A stretch of DNA of 28,406 nt from a virus (lineage: Duplodnaviria > Caudoviricetes), in the IMG/VR virus record IMGVR_UViG_3300012952_000009, positions 1 through 28,406 of that record; one strand, given 5' to 3'. Both the position numbers and the translations under genes were made by a program. How positions within the stretch are numbered: the stretch's first letter is position 1; each line of letters begins with the position of its first letter. The notes under the pieces are model-generated. The model ran no database searches, was not told where the DNA came from, and saw only the letters and a list, made by a program, of their open reading frames with translations. Of the stretch, positions 18,887-25,339 are shown piece after piece.

Positions 18887-19777
18887 ATGACCAACGAACA
18901 GAAGATCCGATACAACCGAAATAGCGCCGTCCAGCGTGGGTGGGCCCCTTCATGGCTTGGCGCTTTTGATTTCGATGCCGATCTGATTGAGAAGATAATA
19001 GAATTCCAAAAAGAGTTTGATCTTGATGCCGATGGATTGGTTGGGCCATCGACATACCGAAGACTATACACCCATTTCATGAGTGATCAGATCTCCGAAG
19101 ACGCGGGAATCGAAGCCAAGGAACAAAGCTTCATTCGATACAAGGGAAAGGATTATCCGATCATGTGGTCCAAGGTTGTCTTGTGGGATGAGCCCGGGGG
19201 TCTGGATTGCACGAGTAGACCATCCAGCCGAAACCCCAAATACTTTGTCAACCATTGGGATGTATGTCTAAACAGCCGGACATGTGCCAAGGTTCTTAAA
19301 AAAAGAAACCTCGGTGTCCATTTCTGTATCGATAACGATGGAACGATATATCAGCTTGCCCCCATGGAAAACATTTGCTACCACGCAAAGAAACACAACA
19401 TGAAGACCATCGGGGTAGAGCTGAGCAACGCCTATTCTACCAAATACCAAAATTGGTATCGAAAGAATGGCTTTGGCAAACGTCCAGTTATCACCGATGG
19501 CCATGTACATAGAAAATCATTAAAGCCCTATCTTGGTTTCTATCCGCATCAGATCCAGGCGCTTGCCGCGTTATGGGCTGCCGTGAGTTTGGCGACAGGT
19601 ATTCCTTTGAAGGTTCCCAACAAAAACAACGAGGTGGATCATTACGCTGCGTCGGGAAGCTGGGAAGGTTTTTGCGGGCATCTACATTTAACAAAGAGAA
19701 AGATCGATCCCGCTGGTCTGGACTTTCACCAGGTCTGTGAGATGGCGATAATGATCAAATTGCAAATGGAGGGATAA
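18887..19777 (+). CDS. Endolysin: peptidoglycan-binding domain plus Amidase_2 N-acetylmuramoyl-L-alanine amidase
   Basis: FQKEFDLDADGLVGPST (PG-binding); FVNHW, HFCIDNDGTIYQL, YHA..N..TIGVEL and GH..RKIDP (Zn amidase). Confidence 0.92.
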   Translation: MTNEQKIRYNRNSAVQRGWAPSWLGAFDFDADLIEKIIEFQKEFDLDADGLVGPSTYRRLYTHFMSDQISEDAGIEAKEQSFIRYKGKDYPIMWSKVVLWDEPGGLDCTSRPSSRNPKYFVNHWDVCLNSRTCAKVLKKRNLGVHFCIDNDGTIYQLAPMENICYHAKKHNMKTIGVELSNAYSTKYQNWYRKNGFGKRPVITDGHVHRKSLKPYLGFYPHQIQALAALWAAVSLATGIPLKVPNKNNEVDHYAASGSWEGFCGHLHLTKRKIDPAGLDFHQVCEMAIMIKLQMEG

Positions 19778-19965
19778 TGCTATTCTGGCAGATAATAATG
19801 GTGGTGGCTCGTGAGTTAAAATTAATGGTTCGAGATCTTAAGAAAGAAGGTGGGCCACTTGATGAAGATACACCCAACGAATTGACACAGGAAGAGATAA
19901 GCTTCGTTGTGTCGGAGAGACTTCTAAACCTGGTTCCGAAGATAATACAATTGGTCATCAAATAA
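19777..19965 (+). CDS. Small hypothetical protein in the lysis module
   Basis: TAATG coupling to the endolysin; ends at the terminator. Confidence 0.6.
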   Translation: MLFWQIIMVVARELKLMVRDLKKEGGPLDEDTPNELTQEEISFVVSERLLNLVPKIIQLVIK

Positions 19966-19989
19966 AAAACCCCCTTTCGGGGGTAGTTT
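19964..19989. terminator. Intrinsic terminator between convergent units (best U-tract on - strand)
   Basis: - strand ACCCCC-GAAA-GGGGGT followed by a T run. Confidence 0.85.
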
Positions 19990-20007
19990 GGCGGCCAGCT
20001 CAGATCT

Positions 20008-20223
20008 TTATAATCGAGGGAGGCGGATCTCCTCTTCGAGTTCGATGATTCGTTCTTCTATCATCATCAGAACACCATCGATAATGATAGCGCTGGATGG
20101 TGGTAGAGCCAACTGAACCGATACCAATACTCTCTTTTGGGCAATGTGTCGTTTGATCTCATAGTCTATTTCTCGAATTCCCCTGTCTCGTTTTCGCCTG
20201 ACCTGCATTTTGATATAAGGCAT
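20008..20223 (-). CDS. Hypothetical protein (MPYIKMQ...)
   Basis: ATG at 20223 follows the stop of the upstream peptide by 1 nt; last gene of the early unit. Confidence 0.6.
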   Translation of the reverse strand: MPYIKMQVRRKRDRGIREIDYEIKRHIAQKRVLVSVQLALPPSSAIIIDGVLMMIEERIIELEEEIRLPRL

Positions 20224-20224
20224 C

Positions 20225-20293
20225 TTACACCAGAAAGAAGAAGATAAAGAAGAAGAAAAGACCGAAGACGAAGATATCAAGATCGCTTTTCAT
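20225..20293 (-). CDS. 22-aa Phe-rich hydrophobic peptide
   Basis: AAGGAGG RBS, ATGA overlap with the upstream stop; MKSDLDIFVFGLFFFFIFFFLV. Confidence 0.65.
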   Translation of the reverse strand: MKSDLDIFVFGLFFFFIFFFLV

Positions 20294-20595
20294 TGTTCCT
20301 CCTTGGTAGCTACCCAATGTCCATTTTCATGCGATAGAATGGATCGATCGGAGAAATAGATTTGTACCTGCTCTTCGGTTTCCATCAATCGAGGAGGACG
20401 AAGCCAGGGGTCAGGCATGAAAGAGACAAAGGAATTAAATGTCTTGGTCTTTTCTGGGTGGTTCATTTCTGAGATAAAGCCGAACCCGGATTCCTGGTAG
20501 CCGAGAATGTCCAGCGTATCCCAAATATTCTTAATGTTGTTTTCTTTTCGCCATTGCTGATTTGCGTGATGGTCCAAAATTATTCGTGCGTTCAT
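20290..20595 (-). CDS. Hypothetical protein
   Basis: AAGGAG RBS, ATGA overlap with the upstream gene. Confidence 0.7.
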   Translation of the reverse strand: MNARIILDHHANQQWRKENNIKNIWDTLDILGYQESGFGFISEMNHPEKTKTFNSFVSFMPDPWLRPPRLMETEEQVQIYFSDRSILSHENGHWVATKEEQ

Positions 20596-20939
20596 TTTTG
20601 CTCCTTGATGATGTTTGATTTGTATTCGTCGATCATTTTCCTGTTTTGGCTAATCAGTATTTCATAGACCGAACGATTGAGGGATGATTTCTTGCTTTTC
20701 CATATCTTGCAAAGCGTCTCGAAATCGCTCCACATGTTCTCATCCCATGTCATGGATTTGATTATGTATTTGTTCTTTTTGCTTCCCGTATTGGTTCCGG
20801 TCTTTGCGTGCCTCCCTTGTTCGGTGAGACCAATCGGAAGATACGCGCCGCAGGATTTGCAAGTTATGCGCTTGGGGAGGATTCCCGTGTATCGAGTAGA
20901 GACCCGGCACTTTGGGTTGATGCATTTGATCTTGTTCAT
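20592..20939 (-). CDS. Zinc-ribbon protein with possible C-terminal RHH-like segment
   Basis: CINPKC..CKSCG followed by IIKSMTWDENMWSDFETLC. Confidence 0.6.
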   Translation of the reverse strand: MNKIKCINPKCRVSTRYTGILPKRITCKSCGAYLPIGLTEQGRHAKTGTNTGSKKNKYIIKSMTWDENMWSDFETLCKIWKSKKSSLNRSVYEILISQNRKMIDEYKSNIIKEQK

Positions 20940-21538
20940 GACTTGACCTCGATTTCGTGATCGCCTTCCATGATCTTCTTCATGAGGCGGAATTTGTTAA
21001 ATGGTGACCATTCCGAAGGGTTACCGAATCGCTTGCTCTTGGAATATCGGACAACGGAATCATATCCACCTTCGACATTCTCCTCGCTCCACAGTTTAAA
21101 GATATCCAGGCGATCGGCATCTGGATCGATTCCTCTCTTCAATTGGAAGGTCTGGTTGTAAAGATACTTGAGCGCCATAGTGAGAAGTTTAGGTGCTGCT
21201 TTGTCTTGGTTGTCTTGTGCTGTCATCAGGATCGGAATCTTCTTTGTGGCATCGGTCTTGTTAGATCCGAGTTCATATGTAACCACCGCGCAAATGTAGT
21301 TTGAGGATCGGTCCTTGCCGGATATACGAATCGCGCATTCCACTACGTCGATCTTGTGTATGGACAAGACAAGCCCGTGTTTGATCATGGCATTCGTTAC
21401 AGGTAGATAGTCCTCTTCGGCTGAGTACTCATACCCTTGATGTTTATTGGTTCCCGACTTGCTGATCGTCTTGCATTCGTTCATGACTTCGATGATTTGA
21501 TCGGATAGTATTTGTTGGCCGGTTGTTGTCTCAGACAT
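20936..21538 (-). CDS. erf: ERF-family single-strand annealing protein
   Basis: ISKSGTNKHQGYEYS..D, HGLV and D..DKA..K..TMALKY....F....DPDAD motifs. Confidence 0.8.
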   Translation of the reverse strand: MSETTTGQQILSDQIIEVMNECKTISKSGTNKHQGYEYSAEEDYLPVTNAMIKHGLVLSIHKIDVVECAIRISGKDRSSNYICAVVTYELGSNKTDATKKIPILMTAQDNQDKAAPKLLTMALKYLYNQTFQLKRGIDPDADRLDIFKLWSEENVEGGYDSVVRYSKSKRFGNPSEWSPFNKFRLMKKIMEGDHEIEVKS

Positions 21539-21926
21539 GTTTGCTCCATTGAAATGATGTTAGAATTTTGGTTGATAGTGCCAAGATGTGTTTACATGAC
21601 CTCCTTTGTTTTGAAATATTGTTGATTGGTCGAACCCTGAAATTATAAGCCGGGCAGGTACACCATATTGAGTTTTCAGAAATAGAAACCTTGTATAGCG
21701 TGCCCACCATATCCGGAGAGGCAGGAAGAGCCATTCCCGTGAAGGTGTTCGTTCGTTCGTTATAGGTTGCATTTCTGATCTGTACGTCAAGCGCCTTCAT
21801 GTGTTCTTCTGAGCTTGCCGTAAAATAGATCTCATCCGAAAGCCCGATGACTTTCCCGGCTTTTACCGGGAGGTTTTTATTTTTGTTCATCATATCGCAC
21901 TTTTTCAAGAAGTTTTTGGTATTCAT
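21531..21926 (-). CDS. SWIM zinc-finger protein
   Basis: YKV..WCTCPAY..CKHILAL (CxC..CxH). Confidence 0.85.
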   Translation of the reverse strand: MNTKNFLKKCDMMNKNKNLPVKAGKVIGLSDEIYFTASSEEHMKALDVQIRNATYNERTNTFTGMALPASPDMVGTLYKVSISENSIWCTCPAYNFRVRPINNISKQRRSCKHILALSTKILTSFQWSKHV

Positions 21927-22275
21927 TCTTTACTTGGAGCCAAATTTCTTCTTGCTGTTTTTTTAGTGATTCGTATGGTGATCCGCTTCGAACATCCGGA
22001 TTGTGTCGACAGGCTGCGGAACAAGGAAAGAGGGAGCGCAGAAACATTAATTCTTTAGTTGGTTCTATTGATAGCCAATGCCGGGAATCACTTGCCGGGT
22101 AAAAATACATCCATTCTTTTTGTAGATTTTCAAGATCATTTTCCAGTTCGCTCCATTTTTCATATGATATGTTTTCGCAGTCATCCCATAATTCTTCTAA
22201 TGTTACATCAGGATCTTCGCTCCATACATTTAAGAAATGGTTTTTTACAAGAAGGATATGTTGAGAATTTTTCAT
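21877..22275 (-). CDS. Hypothetical protein
   Basis: ATGA-coupled ORF in the tiled - strand operon. Confidence 0.6.
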   Translation of the reverse strand: MKNSQHILLVKNHFLNVWSEDPDVTLEELWDDCENISYEKWSELENDLENLQKEWMYFYPASDSRHWLSIEPTKELMFLRSLFPCSAACRHNPDVRSGSPYESLKKQQEEIWLQVKNEYQKLLEKVRYDEQK

Positions 22276-22568
22276 GAGTACACCAGAGGAGAAGAAAGTC
22301 TTTGGTCTTCAATTCTTGATTGGTACTGATCGATCTTGAAGTTGAGGATGGCATCCTGTATTTTGCCCAGCTCTTTTTTTACGATATAGTTTACTTCCTC
22401 GGCCCATTTTTCAATCTGCTCCCATTCCTGATCGGCATCTTTAGAGTCGGGGTTGATGTCAAAGGCTTGCATCCTATCTTCTATTGGATCGACTCCAAGT
22501 ATGTAGTCGGCCATCTCTTTGTATTCTTCTAATTCTTCGATGTTGGTTGGTATTTCTGGCATTGTCAT
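22272..22568 (-). CDS. Acidic hypothetical protein
   Basis: Start reassigned to ATG 22568 behind AAGGAGCTTAAA. Confidence 0.7.
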   Translation of the reverse strand: MTMPEIPTNIEELEEYKEMADYILGVDPIEDRMQAFDINPDSKDADQEWEQIEKWAEEVNYIVKKELGKIQDAILNFKIDQYQSRIEDQRLSSPLVYS

Positions 22569-22635
22569 TTTAAGCTCCTTGGTGCCCCCTTTAGGGGGCG
22601 GTTGATGTTTATTTGTTTCGGGCAAGAAGTCTGAG

Positions 22636-22713
22636 GGGGAGACCTGGTTTCAACTGTCACCTCCAGCGAACGGCATAGTCATCCTCCTCCAGGGGAGACC
22701 TGGTTTCCACTGT
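22636..22713. repeat. 22-bp direct repeat pair with a 34-bp spacer
   Basis: GGGGAGACCTGGTTTC(A/C)ACTGT at 22636-22657 and 22692-22713, one mismatch. Confidence 0.85.
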
Positions 22714-22928
22714 GGCTGGTTTAGTCCGTTTTCTTGTTCCAGATTCCATTCAAAATTTGCAATTTCTTCCTGTTGAGAATCTGTCAGTCCATCCCATATA
22801 ATGTCGATTACTGGTTCTAATGCTGGTGCGGCTTTGCGTGAAGTAAATTGATATCCAGACCGACATTTAAGCTCGACTAATATTTCGATAAGTGCTTTAA
22901 TTTCTTCCATTCCGTCTTTTGTTTTCAT
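22650..22928 (-). CDS. Hypothetical protein
   Basis: Start reassigned to ATG 22928 behind GGAGCTTAAA, just downstream of a promoter. Confidence 0.7.
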   Translation of the reverse strand: MKTKDGMEEIKALIEILVELKCRSGYQFTSRKAAPALEPVIDIIWDGLTDSQQEEIANFEWNLEQENGLNQPQWKPGLPWRRMTMPFAGGDS

Positions 22929-22949
22929 TTTAAGCTCCGTGGTGTTTGA

Positions 22950-22991
22950 GTCACACATATATTATAGCCTTAAAATAATAGTATAGCAACA
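22950..22991 (-). promoter_or_regulatory. Early sigma70 promoter, copy 1 of a 42-bp duplicated element
   Basis: - strand TTGCTA-17 bp-TATAAT; 40/42 identical to 24376-24417. Confidence 0.85.
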
Positions 22992-23009
22992 AAATAACAC
23001 AATATTCTA

Positions 23010-23309
23010 TTATATTTTTATCCATTCCCGATGCTCTTCAAGAACCATTTGGCGGAACCGACTTGGGGAAACAACGAACAGATCCACAGCGTCTTGGTAG
23101 TCCATCATTAGCAAATCGGCCGACCTCTTGATTTCGTTCTTCGTGTCTTGGTCAATTTGCACCGACTGATATCTTCCAGTTTCCCGGCAACGCTGCTTTT
23201 GATGAATTGGATTTGGGATCTCTTTGTAGCATCGCGCGCAAATGATGGCGGTCCAGTTTTGATGGTAGACCCGGTTAATCTTTCCGCAATCGCATTGTAT
23301 TTTAAACAT
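23010..23309 (-). CDS. Small Cys-motif (zinc) protein with possible RHH-like C-terminus
   Basis: AAGGAG RBS before ATG 23309; CDCG..CARC, then YQSVQIDQDTKNEIKRSA. Confidence 0.65.
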   Translation of the reverse strand: MFKIQCDCGKINRVYHQNWTAIICARCYKEIPNPIHQKQRCRETGRYQSVQIDQDTKNEIKRSADLLMMDYQDAVDLFVVSPSRFRQMVLEEHREWIKI

Positions 23310-23322
23310 GGCTGGCTTCTCC

Positions 23323-23670
23323 TTAGAATGGTATTTCGATGATTGATTTGGTGGCCAGCTCTTCTTTGGTCTGGCCCATTTCATACCCCATGGATTGGTA
23401 CGCTCCATCCAAGGTGGGTTCTTCGTTTGATTGGATGCATTTGACCGCGTACAATTTTGATTGATGATAGAGAGTAAACGCGGATGCGGTCGTATCGTTT
23501 TGCTCGAGTAGAACCCTGTAGACCAGATCGAGACACTTGCCGAAAACCTGACTCCATTCCCTGTCTTCTTTTGCCTCAGCAAGGGAATAGTAGTAACAAT
23601 CCTTTGCGTCTTCGTGTTCCTGGTGTGCCGATTCGAAGATCTCAAAATAGAGTCGAGATGATGCGCTCAT
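23323..23670 (-). CDS. Hypothetical protein
   Basis: GGGAG RBS, ATGA overlap with the HNH gene. Confidence 0.65.
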   Translation of the reverse strand: MSASSRLYFEIFESAHQEHEDAKDCYYYSLAEAKEDREWSQVFGKCLDLVYRVLLEQNDTTASAFTLYHQSKLYAVKCIQSNEEPTLDGAYQSMGYEMGQTKEELATKSIIEIPF

Positions 23671-24032
23671 TTTAAACTCCCAAAAAGTGATAGCTGCTTT
23701 CTTCCGCGGTACATCAGAGCCCGGTCTCCGTCAGGAAGGGAAACAGATGCCTGAGCAAAAGCCTTTTGAGAAATGCGCTTGGGTAAAGCCTTGGTGCCTT
23801 TCTTTGAATTGCAAGATTTGCAGCAAGTTACAAGATTGGTGGATCTGTTGTCTCGAATCCATGATCCATTTTTTTGTATGAGATCACTATCGATATGGTC
23901 AAGTGTAAGAACCACCCCATAGTCATCCCGATGGCATGAACAATAGAAGCAGCGGTAACCATCTCGAAGATAGATTTGAAACCTTCGCTTTACGGCAATC
24001 CACTTCCAGCCGTTGTATCTCTTGCGATCCAT
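23667..24032 (-). CDS. HNH endonuclease
   Basis: RDGYRCFYC..LTLDHI..NLVTCCKSCNSKKG. Confidence 0.92.
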   Translation of the reverse strand: MDRKRYNGWKWIAVKRRFQIYLRDGYRCFYCSCHRDDYGVVLTLDHIDSDLIQKNGSWIRDNRSTNLVTCCKSCNSKKGTKALPKRISQKAFAQASVSLPDGDRALMYRGRKQLSLFGSLK

Positions 24033-24334
24033 TACTCACCCCCTATAACGGCAACGTATTGTTCGCTTGTATGGTCCAGGTTCCAAAGCATGGTACCAAT
24101 CCTTGATGTGTGTACACCGCTACGGGCGTTAGGGCTTAGATTCCAATTAGATCGATCATATGATTCGATTTGTATGAAGGTGCATATTTCTGGATATTGC
24201 TCAGCAGTCTTTACAAGCGCTTTGGCGATGTCTTCTTTGTCTCGAAGTCTCTCAAGAATATCCCTTCGAAGATAGTATTTTGCACGGGTGGAAAGGTTTT
24301 CAAGGAGTATTATAAATGTGTTTTTGTTTTTCAT
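24032..24334 (-). CDS. Hypothetical protein, first gene of the early operon
   Basis: Downstream of the promoter at 24376-24417; TAATG coupling to HNH. Confidence 0.7.
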   Translation of the reverse strand: MKNKNTFIILLENLSTRAKYYLRRDILERLRDKEDIAKALVKTAEQYPEICTFIQIESYDRSNWNLSPNARSGVHTSRIGTMLWNLDHTSEQYVAVIGGE

Positions 24335-24375
24335 GTTTAAGCTCTGGTTTGATGTTTGGAAACCCGTTGTCTTAG

Positions 24376-24417
24376 GTCACACATATAATATAGCCGTAAA
24401 ATAATAGTATAGCAACA
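24376..24417 (-). promoter_or_regulatory. Early sigma70 promoter, copy 2 of the 42-bp element
   Basis: - strand TTGCTA-17 bp-TATATT. Confidence 0.85.
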
Positions 24418-24422
24418 TGCAT

Positions 24423-24451
24423 TTGCGTGATTCATCAAAATAATGTACATT
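24423..24451 (+). promoter_or_regulatory. Divergent sigma70 promoter for sRNA-1
   Basis: TTGCGT-17 bp-TACATT, back-to-back with the early promoter. Confidence 0.6.
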
Positions 24452-24457
24452 TTAATT

Positions 24458-24560
24458 GCGGAACAAATCCGCTCTTTAAATCATTTTTACCGGTGCGGTG
24501 GTAATGGTTTGGGGAAAGGTAGAAAAGTTTGAAAGGTGGCATTTCTTGCCACCTTTTTTT
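24458..24560 (+). ncRNA. Candidate structured small RNA 1 (~103 nt)
   Basis: Hairpin GCGGA/TCCGC (24458-24472), long G-U-containing stem (24473-24515), terminator GGTGGCA/TGCCACC plus T7. Confidence 0.55.
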
Positions 24561-24561
24561 C

Positions 24562-24590
24562 TTGTGTTCTAAAAAAATCCCGGCTATATT
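24562..24590 (+). promoter_or_regulatory. Sigma70 promoter for sRNA-2
   Basis: TTGTGT-17 bp-TATATT; shares CGGCTATATT with the early promoter. Confidence 0.65.
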
Positions 24591-24595
24591 CTTTT

Positions 24596-24658
24596 GGTCA
24601 GGTTTAAGCTCTTGACAATGATGTTTGAGGTGGGTCGTTCCGCGGCCCATCTTTTTTT
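24596..24658 (+). ncRNA. Candidate multi-target antisense small RNA 2 (~62 nt)
   Basis: Own promoter; stem GTCAGG/CTTGAC with loop TTTAAGCT; single-stranded AATGATGTTTGA; terminator GGTGGGTCG/CGGCCCATC plus T7; complementary to several RBS leaders. Confidence 0.7.
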
Positions 24659-24672
24659 ACATACGGGAAGCG

Positions 24673-25074
24673 ATGACAACGAGCATTTTTCAGGACCGGA
24701 ACGAGACGCAGATCACAGGTGTGACAAACTCATTTTCGGTCCTCAAGAAAGCGGAGATGAATCTTGACTTTTCAGTTCGAAGAAGCTTTAGTGGAACCCT
24801 TCGGGGTCTTTGGGTTTTCTTTTCTGGAGCGACGGATTCCCCGACCTCTCTTGAGATAATGATCTCCACAGATACAGGCGGCGATAACATAATCATACCA
24901 TCCACCGCATCGGCGATAACTTCCGGTCTGACTACGGGAACAAGCGGATCGGCTTCATGGGATATCAACATTCCGGTGATTCTATCCGGTGAAGTGATCT
25001 ACGTCTTTATCAAGACGGATACGGGAACGGTGACAGTCGACAAGGTATGGATATCCTGGACGGCTCAATCATGA
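24673..25074 (+). CDS. Beta-rich hypothetical virion protein
   Basis: ATG 24673 behind GGGAAG; Ser/Thr/Gly-rich; first gene of the fibre module. Confidence 0.6.
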   Translation: MTTSIFQDRNETQITGVTNSFSVLKKAEMNLDFSVRRSFSGTLRGLWVFFSGATDSPTSLEIMISTDTGGDNIIIPSTASAITSGLTTGTSGSASWDINIPVILSGEVIYVFIKTDTGTVTVDKVWISWTAQS

Positions 25075-25322
25075 GACGCATATATTCTGCTTCGGGTGGT
25101 TCAGGTCAGCCGGTTATTGCCAAGCGTGATCTTTCGGATCAGATCAACAATGCCAGACAATCATTTTCTCTTCCACCATACCGGAAGGGAACGCTCCTTG
25201 TCTTCCTGAATGGTCTTGCACAAAGTACTAGTGAGATCACGGAAACAAGTCGAACAACATTTGCTACGTCTTTCATCCCGCGGACAGGATCAAACCTATC
25301 CGTCTTTTTCCAACCATTGTAA
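25071..25322 (+). CDS. Small fibre-associated beta-domain protein
   Basis: ATGA overlap; DLSDQIN..FSL..LLVFLNGL motif similar to the C-terminal domain of the next gene. Confidence 0.65.
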   Translation: MRRIYSASGGSGQPVIAKRDLSDQINNARQSFSLPPYRKGTLLVFLNGLAQSTSEITETSRTTFATSFIPRTGSNLSVFFQPL

Positions 25323-25339
25323 ATCAAAGGACATTCTTC

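Noticed and set aside
1244-19961. Numerous - strand ORFs opposite structural genes
   Set aside because: Antisense shadows of well-supported + strand genes with no motifs.
20224-20280. Ser-rich N-terminus of ORF 20008..20280
   Set aside because: It is the alternate-frame shadow of the Phe-rich peptide; ATG 20223 is the better start.
23310-23645. N-terminal extension of ORF 23010..23645
   Set aside because: Overlaps the better ORF 23323..23670; a strong RBS supports ATG 23309.
24505-24515. sRNA-1 TGGTTT/GGGGA pairing with the 22-bp repeats
   Set aside because: The two blocks are in the wrong order for antiparallel pairing and are sequestered in a stem.
24612-24640. Perfect TTGACA as a -35 for the fibre operon
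   Set aside because: No -10-like hexamer 16-18 bp downstream; the bases are better explained as the 3' arm of the sRNA-2 stem.
24435-24650. 71-aa - strand ORF across the control region
   Set aside because: No RBS or recognisable motif, and it is antisense to two promoter-terminator units.
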